Source: Vulcanimicrobiota bacterium
Lineage (GTDB): Bacteria > Vulcanimicrobiota > Vulcanimicrobiia > Vulcanimicrobiales > Vulcanimicrobiaceae
Assembly: GCA_003135555.1 (NCBI GenBank)
Contig: PLCF01000017.1
Span: forward strand, 1-20,350
Length of the DNA: 20,350 bases
Reading direction: 5' to 3'
The notes below the pieces were generated by a model. The model had not been told where the DNA came from. It saw nothing but the letters and a program-made list of their open reading frames with translations, and searched no databases. Position numbers and translations under genes: made by a program. Positions within the stretch are counted from its first letter, which is position 1. Every line of letters starts with the position of its first letter. Shown here piece by piece: positions 7,358 through 15,855 of this stretch.

Positions 7358-8056
7358 CTAGCTGGTCGCGCCCAGCTGCAGCCGCGCTGCGGCGTCGCGC
7401 AGCGCCGCGATCGCCGGGCCGAGTGCCTCGGGCGCCGGTGCGTCGAGGATCACCCAGCCGCCGGCGGCGCGCTCGGCGACTGCACGCGGATCGTCGGTGG
7501 AACTCGCGGCGAAGGCCGGGACGCGGTCTCGCGGCCCGGGCCCCGGATCGAGCGCGCGCGGACACGGCCGCAGCCAGGCGCTGTCGACGTCCTTGAGCAG
7601 GCGCTTGACGCTGCCCAGATCGTCGCCCAGCGTGCCGGCCGCGGCGGCGACGATCACGGTGACGTTGGCGGTCTTGGCCGCGCGGCCCAGCGCCTTGCCG
7701 GCCGCGACCGCCGCGGCGAAGGCCGCCGGCGGCACGTCCCCGGGTACCGGCAGAAGCGTGCGCACGATCGCGGCCCCGAACCCGCCGGCGAGCGCCAGCG
7801 CAGCGTCACCCGCGCCGCCGGCGTCGGGGTCGAGCAGTCCGGCCGCGTCGATACCGAAGGGCACGAGCGCCAGGTCGATCGCCACCTTGCGCAGCTGCGC
7901 GACGTACTCGGCGTCCCGGCGGGGAAAGTCCGTGACGTCGGCCAGGACGCCGTCGACGCCCAAGCGCGAGGCACAGGCTTCCAGCCATTCCAGCTGCGTG
8001 AGCTCGGCGGCGGCGAGCGGTCGTCGGAACGTCGAACTCGAAACAGCGATGCGCAC
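7358..8056 (-). CDS. Degenerate sugar-phosphate isomerase/AP-endonuclease-2-like TIM-barrel protein, 232 aa
   Basis: GTG start with AAAGG upstream. MRIAVSSSTF, LEWLEACASRLGVDGV, 'AEYVAQLRK', 'LALAGGFGAAIVRT' and 'RLLKDVDSAWL' resemble the AP2Ec/IolE fold. Metal ligands are not evident. Confidence 0.65.
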   Translation of the reverse strand: MRIAVSSSTFRRPLAAAELTQLEWLEACASRLGVDGVLADVTDFPRRDAEYVAQLRKVAIDLALVPFGIDAAGLLDPDAGGAGDAALALAGGFGAAIVRTLLPVPGDVPPAAFAAAVAAGKALGRAAKTANVTVIVAAAAGTLGDDLGSVKRLLKDVDSAWLRPCPRALDPGPGPRDRVPAFAASSTDDPRAVAERAAGGWVILDAPAPEALGPAIAALRDAAARLQLGATS

Positions 8057-8112
8057 CGCGCCGCCTTTCACCGGGAGAACACGTTGACCATCGTCCGCTC
8101 CGGCCCGCGCTC

Positions 8113-8370
8113 GTGATCGACCGGCAGCTGCTGGGTAATCTGGTTCCGCTCGCTGCGGTCGTGATCGCGCTGGGCGAGTACCTGTTCGACCACAGCGTTC
8201 CGCGCTACTCGAGCCCCTGGTTTTGGATCGCGCTGGTCGCAACCGTCGGGCTGCTCGTTCTCGTGCAAGTCTTGCGCTTCACCGGGGCGCGCCCGACGCC
8301 GGTGGCGAAACCCGACTATTCGGCGACGACCCTCATGCGGCGCCGCATCGACACCGACGACCGAGGTTGA
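8113..8370 (+). CDS. Small hypothetical membrane protein (2 TM helices), 85 aa
   Basis: Two hydrophobic segments plus a charged tail. High GC at third codon positions. Ends 9 nt before glyA. Confidence 0.7.
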   Translation: MIDRQLLGNLVPLAAVVIALGEYLFDHSVPRYSSPWFWIALVATVGLLVLVQVLRFTGARPTPVAKPDYSATTLMRRRIDTDDRG

Positions 8371-8379
8371 CCGCACCGA

Positions 8380-9627
8380 ATGCAACTGCTCGAACCCCAG
8401 ACGCTCGCCACGTTGGACCCCGAGATCTACGGCGCGATCGAGAACGAGGAACGCCGGCAGCGCGAGAACCTCGAGTTGATCGCGTCGGAGAACTATGCCA
8501 GCCGAGCCGTCCGCGAAGCGACCGCATCGGTGATGACGAACAAGTACGCTGAAGGGTATCCCGGCCGGCGCTACTACGGCGGCTGCGAGTTCGTCGACGT
8601 CGCCGAGACGTTGGCGATCGAGCGGCTCAAAAAGCTCTTTGACGCGCAACACGCCAACGTGCAGCCGCATGCCGGCGCGCAGGCCAACATGGCGGTGCTC
8701 ATGGCGGTCCTGGCGCCGGGCGACACGATCCTGGGGATGTCGCTGGCGCACGGCGGTCACCTCACGCACGGCACCAAGGTCTCGTTCAGCGGCAAGCTCT
8801 ACAACGCGGTCGCCTACGGCGTGCGCCGGGACACCGAGCTGATCGACTTCGACGCCGTGCGCGCGCTCGCGCGCGAGCACAAGCCCAAGCTGATCATCGC
8901 CGGCGCCAGCGCGTACCCGCGCACGATGGAGTACGCCCCGTTCCGCGAGATCGCCGACGAGGTCGGCGCCACGTTCATGGTCGACATGGCGCACATCGCC
9001 GGCCTGGTTGCGGTCGGGCTGCACCCGACGCCGGTCCCGATTGCGGACTTCGTCACGTCGACGACGCACAAGACGCTGCGCGGTCCGCGCGGCGGGCTCA
9101 TCCTCTCGACCGCGCAGTACGCGCAGGCGATCGACAAGAGCGTCTTCCCGGGGATCCAAGGCGGGCCGTTCATGCACGCGATCGCGGCCAAGGCGGTCGC
9201 CTTCGGCGAAGCGTTGCAGCCGGCGTTCAAGACCTATCAACAGCAAGTCATCACCAACGCGCGAGCGATGGGCGAGGAGCTGCAGCGCGGGGGCGTGCGG
9301 CTCGTCGGCGGCGGCACCGACACGCATTTGCTGCTCGTCGACCTCACGCCCAAGGGGCTGACCGGCAAAGCCGTGGAGCAGTACCTCGACGAGATCCGGA
9401 TCACGGTCAACAAGAACGCGATCCCGTTCGACCCGCAAAAGCCTGCGGTCACCAGCGGAATTCGCCTCGGGTCGCCGGCGATCACCTCGCGCGGTTTCGA
9501 CGAGACGGCCGCGCGCGAGGTGGGCAAGATCATCGGTGAGGCGCTCACCGACATCGAGACCGGAACGAAGAAGGACGCATTGCGCGCGCGCGTCGTCGAG
9601 CTGACCGCGCACCACGACGTGCCGTAG
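8380..9627 (+). CDS. glyA: Serine hydroxymethyltransferase
   Basis: [56 protein letters not shown] (PLP lysine), SGIRLGS. Confidence 0.99.
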   Translation: MQLLEPQTLATLDPEIYGAIENEERRQRENLELIASENYASRAVREATASVMTNKYAEGYPGRRYYGGCEFVDVAETLAIERLKKLFDAQHANVQPHAGAQANMAVLMAVLAPGDTILGMSLAHGGHLTHGTKVSFSGKLYNAVAYGVRRDTELIDFDAVRALAREHKPKLIIAGASAYPRTMEYAPFREIADEVGATFMVDMAHIAGLVAVGLHPTPVPIADFVTSTTHKTLRGPRGGLILSTAQYAQAIDKSVFPGIQGGPFMHAIAAKAVAFGEALQPAFKTYQQQVITNARAMGEELQRGGVRLVGGGTDTHLLLVDLTPKGLTGKAVEQYLDEIRITVNKNAIPFDPQKPAVTSGIRLGSPAITSRGFDETAAREVGKIIGEALTDIETGTKKDALRARVVELTAHHDVP

Positions 9628-9643
9628 TGGACGTCGCGCTGCG

Positions 9644-10201
9644 TTGACGCAGCCGGACCTCGCGACGCCGCGGCTGCTCCTGCGCGCGCCGGCCCACGAC
9701 GATGCTCCCGCGTTGTGCGCCTATCACGTCCGCAACGACGCGCGCTTCGCGCGTTGGGATCCGCGGCGCGGCACCGACGTTGCCGAGCATCGGGCGTGGA
9801 TCGAGTGGCGGCAAGCGGAGTGCGAGGCCGGCCGGGCGGCATCGTTCCTCGCGTTCGACCGCGACGGGGCCGGTGCGCTCGTCGCGCAGGTCAACCTCGA
9901 TGCGATCACGCGTGCGGCGGACTCGACCGCGATGCTGAGCTACTCCGTCGACTGCGCCTACGAAGGCCTGGGCTATGCGCGCGAAGCGGTCCAGGCGACG
10001 ATCGCGTACGCCTTCGAGACGCTGGACCTGCGCGAACTGAGCGCGACGTACGATCCGTCCAACGCGCGCAGCGGCGGGTTGCTGCAGCGGCTCGGCTTCG
10101 CGGAGGTCGCGCGCACCGGGGTCATCCCGGGGATGGAGGGACGGATGCGCGCACAGGTCCTCGCGGTGCTGAGGAGGGCGGCCGAACCGCCGCCGCGATG
10201 A
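9644..10201 (+). CDS. GNAT N-acetyltransferase, RimJ/RimL family
   Basis: LATPRLLLR, LSYSVD..YEGLGYAREAV, YAFETLDL, N.RS..LLQRLGF. Confidence 0.88.
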   Translation: MTQPDLATPRLLLRAPAHDDAPALCAYHVRNDARFARWDPRRGTDVAEHRAWIEWRQAECEAGRAASFLAFDRDGAGALVAQVNLDAITRAADSTAMLSYSVDCAYEGLGYAREAVQATIAYAFETLDLRELSATYDPSNARSGGLLQRLGFAEVARTGVIPGMEGRMRAQVLAVLRRAAEPPPR

Positions 10202-10208
10202 TTCCAAC

Positions 10209-10871
10209 GTGCCCGACCCCACGCCGCTGATCGTCGATCACCCCGCCGTCCACGACCGGTTGGCGCGCCTGCGCGACGCCAGCACGCCGACGCCGGTGTT
10301 CCGGCGGCTGGTCGAGGAGCTCGGGCAGCTTCTCGCGTACGAGGCGACCCGGTCGCTGCCCCAGACCGAGATCGAGCTCCAGACCCCCGTCGCGCTGGCG
10401 AAGGTGCTGCGCATCGCGACGCGCCCCGTGGTCGCGCCGATCTTGCGCGCCGGCCTCGGCCTGCTCCCCGGCTTTCTGGCCGTCGTCGACGATGCCGTCG
10501 TCGCGCACCTGGGCTTCTACCGCGACCCCAAGACGCTCGCGGCGATCCCCTACTACGCCAACCTGCCCGACGATCTGGCGTCCCGCGACGTCTTCGTCCT
10601 CGATCCCATGCTCGCCACGGGTCACTCCGGCTCGGCGGCGCTGTCCGTGCTCGCCGGGCGCGGCGCCAAGGCGCCGGTCTTCGTGTGCATCATCGCCGCG
10701 CCCGAGGGGATCGCGACCCTGGCGGCCGAGCATCCCGGCGTCCGCATCGTCACCGCCGCGGTCGACGAGCGCCTCAACGATCACGGCTACATCGTCCCGG
10801 GCCTCGGCGACGCGGGTGACCGGATGTTCGGCTCGACCAGCTCGGTCCCGGTCAGCGCCCGAACGCCTTAG
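10209..10871 (+). CDS. upp: Uracil phosphoribosyltransferase
   Basis: VDHP, LAYEATR, PILRAGLG, LDPMLATGHS, GYIVPGLGDAGDRMFG. Confidence 0.98.
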   Translation: MPDPTPLIVDHPAVHDRLARLRDASTPTPVFRRLVEELGQLLAYEATRSLPQTEIELQTPVALAKVLRIATRPVVAPILRAGLGLLPGFLAVVDDAVVAHLGFYRDPKTLAAIPYYANLPDDLASRDVFVLDPMLATGHSGSAALSVLAGRGAKAPVFVCIIAAPEGIATLAAEHPGVRIVTAAVDERLNDHGYIVPGLGDAGDRMFGSTSSVPVSARTP

Positions 10872-10892
10872 CCCGGCGCAGTGGCCCGGCCG

Positions 10893-11345
10893 CTACCCCG
10901 TCAATCCGCCCACGAGCAACGCCGCAGCGATCAACACGAGCAGCACGCCGATCGCGACGAAGATCGCGCCGGCCGCCTCCCACAGCGCGCGAATCCGGCG
11001 CCCACCCAGCGTAACGCTGTGCGGATCCGTCGCGGAGTAGAGGATGGGGATCGGGCGACCCACCCGCAAGCGGTTCCAAACGAGGTTGGGCAGGACGATC
11101 TGCGCCGCGTGGCTCGCCCCGGTGTCGTCATGAAATGAGACGAGCGCGAAGAACCGGCCCACAAGATACGGCCCGGTGTAGTCGAGCCGCTCGATCGTCG
11201 CAGTCGCCGCGACGCCGTCCCGGGTGGCCCGCGAGTTGAGCCAATATCCGCGGCCGATCAGCGCAAGCCCGATGCCGATGCAGGCGACGAAAAGCAGCGC
11301 GGCAATCGTCCCCCACGCGGTCGCTGCGCCGGTCGCAAGCACCAT
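10893..11345 (-). CDS. DUF3592-like membrane protein, 150 aa
   Basis: N-terminal TM helix, then a small beta domain (GVAATATI...VSFHDDTG...VGRPIPILYSATDP), then a C-terminal TM helix. ATG at 11343-11345. Confidence 0.7.
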   Translation of the reverse strand: MVLATGAATAWGTIAALLFVACIGIGLALIGRGYWLNSRATRDGVAATATIERLDYTGPYLVGRFFALVSFHDDTGASHAAQIVLPNLVWNRLRVGRPIPILYSATDPHSVTLGGRRIRALWEAAGAIFVAIGVLLVLIAAALLVGGLTG

Positions 11346-11437
11346 TTCTGCCGTGCCGTTCGGTCCGCCGGTGCGCCGCGCCCCCGCTGGAAGTCCGCCC
11401 TCCCGAAGCCAGGCACGGGCGGGCTGAAAACGCCGCT

Positions 11438-11935
11438 GTGCCGAATGAGCGGACCTCGGTGCACGTCGACGAGCCAAGACTCAGGGTCGGACCCGCTGGG
11501 ACGCGCCCCGGGTGGGACGAGTATTTCATGGAGATCGCGCGGACCGTCGCGACCCGGGCGACGTGCCCGCGGGCGATGGTCGGGGCGGTCTTGACCCGCA
11601 AAAAGCGCATCCTCACGACGGGGTACAACGGTGCGCCGCGCGGGGTCGCGCATTGCCTGGACGTCGGGTGCACGCTCGTCGACGGGCACTGCCTGCGCGC
11701 CACCCACGCCGAGGCCAATGCCATCGTGCAGGGCGCCCTCCACGGGGTCAGCCTCGAAGGGGCGACGGCGTACTGCACCCACCAGCCCTGCGCGGGCTGC
11801 TCGAAGCTGCTCATCAGCGCCGGCGTGGTGCGGATCGTGTACCGCGACCCCTACCCCGACCCGGTCGCCGAAATGCTGCTCGCCGAAGCCGGCGTCGAGG
11901 CCGTGCAATTCGCCTCCGAACGGGCGCCCGCATGA
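11438..11935 (+). CDS. dCMP deaminase family protein (ComEB-like, Zn-dependent)
   Basis: RPGWDEYFM, RATCPRAMVGAV, TGYNGAPRG, HAEANA, PCAGC. Confidence 0.93.
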   Translation: MPNERTSVHVDEPRLRVGPAGTRPGWDEYFMEIARTVATRATCPRAMVGAVLTRKKRILTTGYNGAPRGVAHCLDVGCTLVDGHCLRATHAEANAIVQGALHGVSLEGATAYCTHQPCAGCSKLLISAGVVRIVYRDPYPDPVAEMLLAEAGVEAVQFASERAPA

Positions 11936-12939
11936 ACCCGTTCGTCGTCTTGGCCGCCGGGCTGATCGCCTTCGCCACCGCGCTGTTCACCACGCCCTAC
12001 GTGCGCCGGCTCGCGCTCAACGTCGGGATGCTCGACGCTTCGGGCGAGCGGCGGATGCACGACCAGCCCAAACCACGCATCGGCGGGATCGCCGTTTACC
12101 TGGGCTTCGCCTTCGGGCTCTTCTCCGCGTTGGGCTATCTCATCCGAACCGCACCGCAGCAGCTCGACAACGTTCACGACGTGGTGGGTCTGATCTTCGG
12201 CGGCACGCTGATCCTGATGGTCGGTATTTGGGACGACGTGATGACGATGACGCCGCGTTCCAAGCTGCTCGCGCAAGTCGTCGTCGCGGCGATCTCGATG
12301 CTCTACGGTTTCGTCATCCCGCCCTGGGTGACCAACCCGCTGCACCACGGTCAGACGCTGTTCTACCCGCACGGTTTCGAATGGCTGGTCTATCCGCTCA
12401 CCATGCTGTGGTACGTCGGGATGATGAACGCGATCAACTTCATCGACGGCCTCGACGGGCTGCTCTCGGGCGTCACGGTCATCTCGGCGGCGTCGCTGCT
12501 GGTGATCGACCTCAACCGCGGCCACGCCGAGATCGCGCTCGTGCTGGCGGTTCTGGCCGGTGCCGCTCTGGGGTTTCTGCGCTACAACTGGAACCCGGCC
12601 AAGATCATCTTGGGCGACTCGGGCGCGCTGTTCATCGGGTACGTCTTCGCGACGGTCTCGATCATCGGGACGAGCAAGACCGCGTTCGCGATCTCGCTGC
12701 TCGTGCCGCTGTTGGTGCTGGCGCTCCCGGTGCTCGACACCGCGGTTGCGATCGTGCGCCGGACGCGCGCCGGTAAGAAGTTCTACGAGGCCGATCGCGG
12801 GCATTTCCATCACCAGCTGATCTTTCGCTTCGGTCTCAACGTGCGCCAAGCCGTGCTGCTGATCTACGCCGTCTGCCTGGTGTTGGGCGTCGTCGCGTAC
12901 TTGCTCACCACCGGCTTCGTTCCGCTGAAGTTCGCGTGA
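11932..12939 (+). CDS. Undecaprenyl-phosphate GlcNAc-1-phosphate transferase (WecA/TagO/MraY-like, GT4), 335 aa
   Basis: ATGA overlap with the deaminase. RRMH..PKPRIGG, GIWDD, NAINFIDGLDGL, GFLRYNWNPAKIILGDSG, DRGHFHH. Confidence 0.93.
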   Translation: MNPFVVLAAGLIAFATALFTTPYVRRLALNVGMLDASGERRMHDQPKPRIGGIAVYLGFAFGLFSALGYLIRTAPQQLDNVHDVVGLIFGGTLILMVGIWDDVMTMTPRSKLLAQVVVAAISMLYGFVIPPWVTNPLHHGQTLFYPHGFEWLVYPLTMLWYVGMMNAINFIDGLDGLLSGVTVISAASLLVIDLNRGHAEIALVLAVLAGAALGFLRYNWNPAKIILGDSGALFIGYVFATVSIIGTSKTAFAISLLVPLLVLALPVLDTAVAIVRRTRAGKKFYEADRGHFHHQLIFRFGLNVRQAVLLIYAVCLVLGVVAYLLTTGFVPLKFA

Positions 12940-14111
12940 GCGTAGCGCCGCCGTTGCGGGTCATGGCCGTGATGGGTACGCGGCCGGACACGATCAAGAT
13001 GGCGCCGGTGGTGCACGCGTTGCGCGCCGCGCGGCCGGGGATCGAACCGATCGTCTGCGTCACCGCGCAGCACCGCGAGATGCTCGACGACGTGCTCGAG
13101 CTGTTCGGGATCGTCCCCGACATCGACCTCGACATCATGACCCGGACGCAGTCGCTCACCGACATCACGACCCGGGTGCTGCAGGGGATGGAGCGCGCGC
13201 TCGAGCAGGCGCGCCCCGATGTCGTGCTCGTCCACGGCGACACCACGACGTCGACCGCCGCCGCGCTGGCGGCGTTCTACGCCCAGATCCCCGTCGGCCA
13301 CGTCGAGGCTGGGCTGCGCACGTCGACGATCGCCGAGCCCTTCCCCGAAGAGGCCAACCGGCGCCTCACCAGCGTGCTGACCTCGTTCCACTTCGCGCCG
13401 ACCTCACGCGCGAAGTCCAACTTGCTCTCGGAACGAACCGATCACGCGCACGTCGTCGTCACCGGGAACACGGTGATCGACGGTTTCGTCGAAACCGAAC
13501 GCCGCGTGCGCGCGGGCGGAATCGCGACGCCGTCGCTCGACGGTCTGGACCCGTCGCGCCCGATGATCTTCGTGACCGCGCACCGCCGCGAGAACCATGG
13601 TCAGATGGCCGACATCGCCCGCGCCGTCGCGACGATCGCCGGGTTCCCCGAGCGGCCGCAGATCGTGTGGCCGGTTCACCCGTCACCGGCGGTGCACCCG
13701 GTCGTCCACGGGATCCTCGACGGCGTCGCGGGCGTGCGGCTGACCGAACCGATCAACTACGCCGAGACCGTCGCCGCGGTCGCTGCGTCGTACTTCGTGC
13801 TCACCGATTCGGGCGGACTTCAAGAGGAGGCGCCGACGCTGGGCAAACCGGTGCTCGTGATGCGCCGCGAGACCGAACGGCCCGAGGGGCTCGAGGCCGG
13901 AACGCTGCGGCTCATCGGCGCCGAGTACGGCGACATCGTCGACGAGACGCGCCGGTTGCTCACCGACCACGCGCTCTATCACCGCATGGCCCGGGCCTCG
14001 AACCCCTACGGCGACGGCCACGCAGCCGAGCGAATCGTCGGCTGGCTCTTGCACGCGTTGCGCAGCGGCCCGGCGCCCGACGAGTTCAGGCCCCCCTCGG
14101 CCGCGGCGTGA
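12936..14111 (+). CDS. wecB: UDP-N-acetylglucosamine 2-epimerase (non-hydrolysing)
   Basis: GTRPDTIKMAP, TAQHREML, VHGDTT, GHVEAGLR, PFPEEANR, TAHRREN, TDSGGLQEEAP, TERPEG, NPYGDG. Confidence 0.97.
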   Translation: MSVAPPLRVMAVMGTRPDTIKMAPVVHALRAARPGIEPIVCVTAQHREMLDDVLELFGIVPDIDLDIMTRTQSLTDITTRVLQGMERALEQARPDVVLVHGDTTTSTAAALAAFYAQIPVGHVEAGLRTSTIAEPFPEEANRRLTSVLTSFHFAPTSRAKSNLLSERTDHAHVVVTGNTVIDGFVETERRVRAGGIATPSLDGLDPSRPMIFVTAHRRENHGQMADIARAVATIAGFPERPQIVWPVHPSPAVHPVVHGILDGVAGVRLTEPINYAETVAAVAASYFVLTDSGGLQEEAPTLGKPVLVMRRETERPEGLEAGTLRLIGAEYGDIVDETRRLLTDHALYHRMARASNPYGDGHAAERIVGWLLHALRSGPAPDEFRPPSAAA

Positions 14112-14293
14112 TTCGGCTGATCGCGGCGGGCGGCGGGTTCACCGGAACGGTGATCGGCGGTTTTTTTGTCGGCGTCGTGGTATCGCGCGCGACGGGTGCC
14201 GGCTGGTGGATTCCGGTGGGACTCTTCGGCGGGCTGGGCCTCGGCGTCGTGGTCATCATCGTTGCCCTACGGCCATTCTTGAGGCCGAATTGA
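14108..14293 (+). CDS. AtpZ/ATPase gene-1-like small two-helix membrane protein, 61 aa
   Basis: The GTG overlaps the wecB TGA. MIRLIAAGGGFTGTVIGGFFVG...GAGWWIPVGLFGGLGLG is a Gly-rich helical hairpin in the usual position at the head of the atp operon. Confidence 0.7.
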   Translation: MIRLIAAGGGFTGTVIGGFFVGVVVSRATGAGWWIPVGLFGGLGLGVVVIIVALRPFLRPN

Positions 14294-14739
14294 CGCGTGA
14301 TGCGAGAAACGTCGAGGAGGGCGGGCCCAATAACGGGCACAATAAGGGCGGCGCCGACCCGACGGCCGAGCTGCAGGCATACCAGACCCGCAAGCGGCTG
14401 ATCTCCGTGCGGACGGCGCTGTTCCTCACACCGCTCATCGTCATCGCGACGTGGCGGAATCCGGTGGCCGGCCTTGAGCTGGCGCTGGGTGGGGTACTCG
14501 GAGTCCTGAACATGCTGGCAACGATGCGCGCGAACGAACGGCTCCTGGAAGGCCGCACCAATCGTGCCATCTATGCCCTCAACGCTCAGGTCCGTATCTT
14601 TGCAGTCGGCATCGTTCCGGTGGCTGTCGCGTTCCGCTTCGGCGAGTTCTGGACGGTCGGGCTGTATTTCGCCGGGTTTTTCGCGCCGCTCGCGCTGTAC
14701 GCCCTCGAATACCGCCGCCACGTCCAACAGGGAGTCTAG
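14290..14739 (+). CDS. atpI: ATP synthase protein I-like membrane protein, 149 aa
   Basis: The TTG overlaps the upstream TGA, with GAGG at 14281-14284. About four hydrophobic segments with 'LGGVLGVLN' and 'VR' patterns. Lies directly before atpB. Confidence 0.7.
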   Translation: MTRDARNVEEGGPNNGHNKGGADPTAELQAYQTRKRLISVRTALFLTPLIVIATWRNPVAGLELALGGVLGVLNMLATMRANERLLEGRTNRAIYALNAQVRIFAVGIVPVAVAFRFGEFWTVGLYFAGFFAPLALYALEYRRHVQQGV

Positions 14740-15470
14740 TGGAAGAGAAAATCGGCGAGCATCCGAGCTGGAATTGGCCAGTCCTCGGGCCCGTCCACTC
14801 CGACACGATCCTCACGACATGGGTCGCGATGCTGCTCGCGCTCGCATTTTTCTGGTGGCTCGGCAATTCGTACAAGAGCAACCGCGTGCGCAAGACCCAG
14901 GCGACGTTCGAAGGGATCATCCAGTTCTTGTCAGACCTGGCCGTCGGCACCCTCGGGGCGGCGGGCGAGCGCTTCGTCCCGATCTTCGTCGGGATCTTCT
15001 TGTTCATCTGGATCCTCAACGAGTTCGGCGTCTTCTTTATCAAGGCGCTCGGGCTCCCGTTCGGCGGGTCGCCGACCGCCGATCTCAACACCACCGCCGC
15101 CTTCGCGCTGTGCGTCTTCTTTTCGATCCAGTTCCTCGCGATCCGCAAGAGCGGCATCAAGGCCTACGTCCACCTCTTCAAGCCGTTCTGGCCGCTGGTC
15201 ATCATCAATCTCCCCGAAGAGCTCGCGCGCCCGGTGGTCCTGGCGATGCGTCTCGCGTTCAACATCCTCGCCGGCGAACTGCTGCTGTTCGTCATCGCGA
15301 CGATCATCAAATCGAACGTCGTCGTCGGGCCGTTGAACATTTCGTTGCTGTCCGCGGTAGCACCGATCGGGATCGAATTCTTCAACTTCCTCATCGGAAC
15401 GATCCAGGCGTTCGTCTTCACCCTGCTGAGCATCGTCTACCTGTCCTTGGCCACGGCCGAGGACCACTAA
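14739..15470 (+). CDS. atpB: F0F1 ATP synthase subunit a
   Basis: SPTADLNTT, PEELARPVVLAMRLAFNILAGE (essential Arg), IQAFVFTLLSIVY. GGAG RBS. Confidence 0.96.
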   Translation: MEEKIGEHPSWNWPVLGPVHSDTILTTWVAMLLALAFFWWLGNSYKSNRVRKTQATFEGIIQFLSDLAVGTLGAAGERFVPIFVGIFLFIWILNEFGVFFIKALGLPFGGSPTADLNTTAAFALCVFFSIQFLAIRKSGIKAYVHLFKPFWPLVIINLPEELARPVVLAMRLAFNILAGELLLFVIATIIKSNVVVGPLNISLLSAVAPIGIEFFNFLIGTIQAFVFTLLSIVYLSLATAEDH

Positions 15471-15472
15471 AT

Positions 15473-15518
15473 GGGTTCGCGAACGCGCGAACCCTCGGAC
15501 GGCCTTCGGCCGATCCGA
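15473..15518 (+). promoter_or_regulatory. Tandem RNA hairpins in the atpB-atpE spacer
   Basis: GGGTTCGCG-aacg-CGCGAACCC (15473-15494), immediately followed by TCGGA-CGGCC-ttc-GGCCG-a-TCCGA (15495-15518). No U-tract. Confidence 0.6.
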
Positions 15519-15537
15519 ATCCCCTGAAAGGTTAATC

Positions 15538-15834
15538 GTGACTCCTGAAGTCATCGTCGCCGCCGTCCTGATCACCGGTTTTGCGATCATCGTCGCGGCA
15601 GTCGCCCTGGGTTCCGCGGTCGGCGACGGTATCGTCGCATCGAAGGCCGTCGAGTCGATCGCGCGCCAGCCCGAAGCGCGCGGCAACATCTTCGTGTTCT
15701 TCTTCCTGGGCGTCGGCATCTTGGAAGCGTTCCCGATCATCGGGTTGGTGCTCGGATTCTTCCTGTTCTTCGCGGTCGGCGGCGGCGTGCTGCCGCTGGT
15801 CACGAAAATCCTCGCCGGCGGCACTCATCCGTAG
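15538..15834 (+). CDS. atpE: F0F1 ATP synthase subunit c, 98 aa
   Basis: GSAVGDG, ARQPEA loop, ion-carrying Glu in ILEAFP. AAAGG RBS before the GTG. Confidence 0.96.
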   Translation: MTPEVIVAAVLITGFAIIVAAVALGSAVGDGIVASKAVESIARQPEARGNIFVFFFLGVGILEAFPIIGLVLGFFLFFAVGGGVLPLVTKILAGGTHP

Positions 15835-15855
15835 CGGTACGGCACCGATCCGCTG

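Noticed and set aside
7195..7596. ORFs crossing the 7090-7357 gap (7195-7596, 7254-7565, 7010-8116)
   Set aside because: The translations are low-complexity and Arg/Pro-rich, and the 6S RNA structure explains the region better.
8068..9615. 515-aa antisense ORF over glyA (likewise 17289-18842 over atpA, 11851-12849, 15825-17075, 2675-4282, 6080-7312)
   Set aside because: These are shadow ORFs caused by high GC and codon bias. They overlap clearly recognisable genes and have no family motifs.
10872..10892. Terminator between convergent upp and the DUF3592-like gene
   Set aside because: Only weak, imperfect GC pairing and no U-tract on either strand.
11438..11935. Anti-phage dCTP deaminase
   Set aside because: It is a short single-domain ComEB-like protein with no kinase domain, in its usual housekeeping context.
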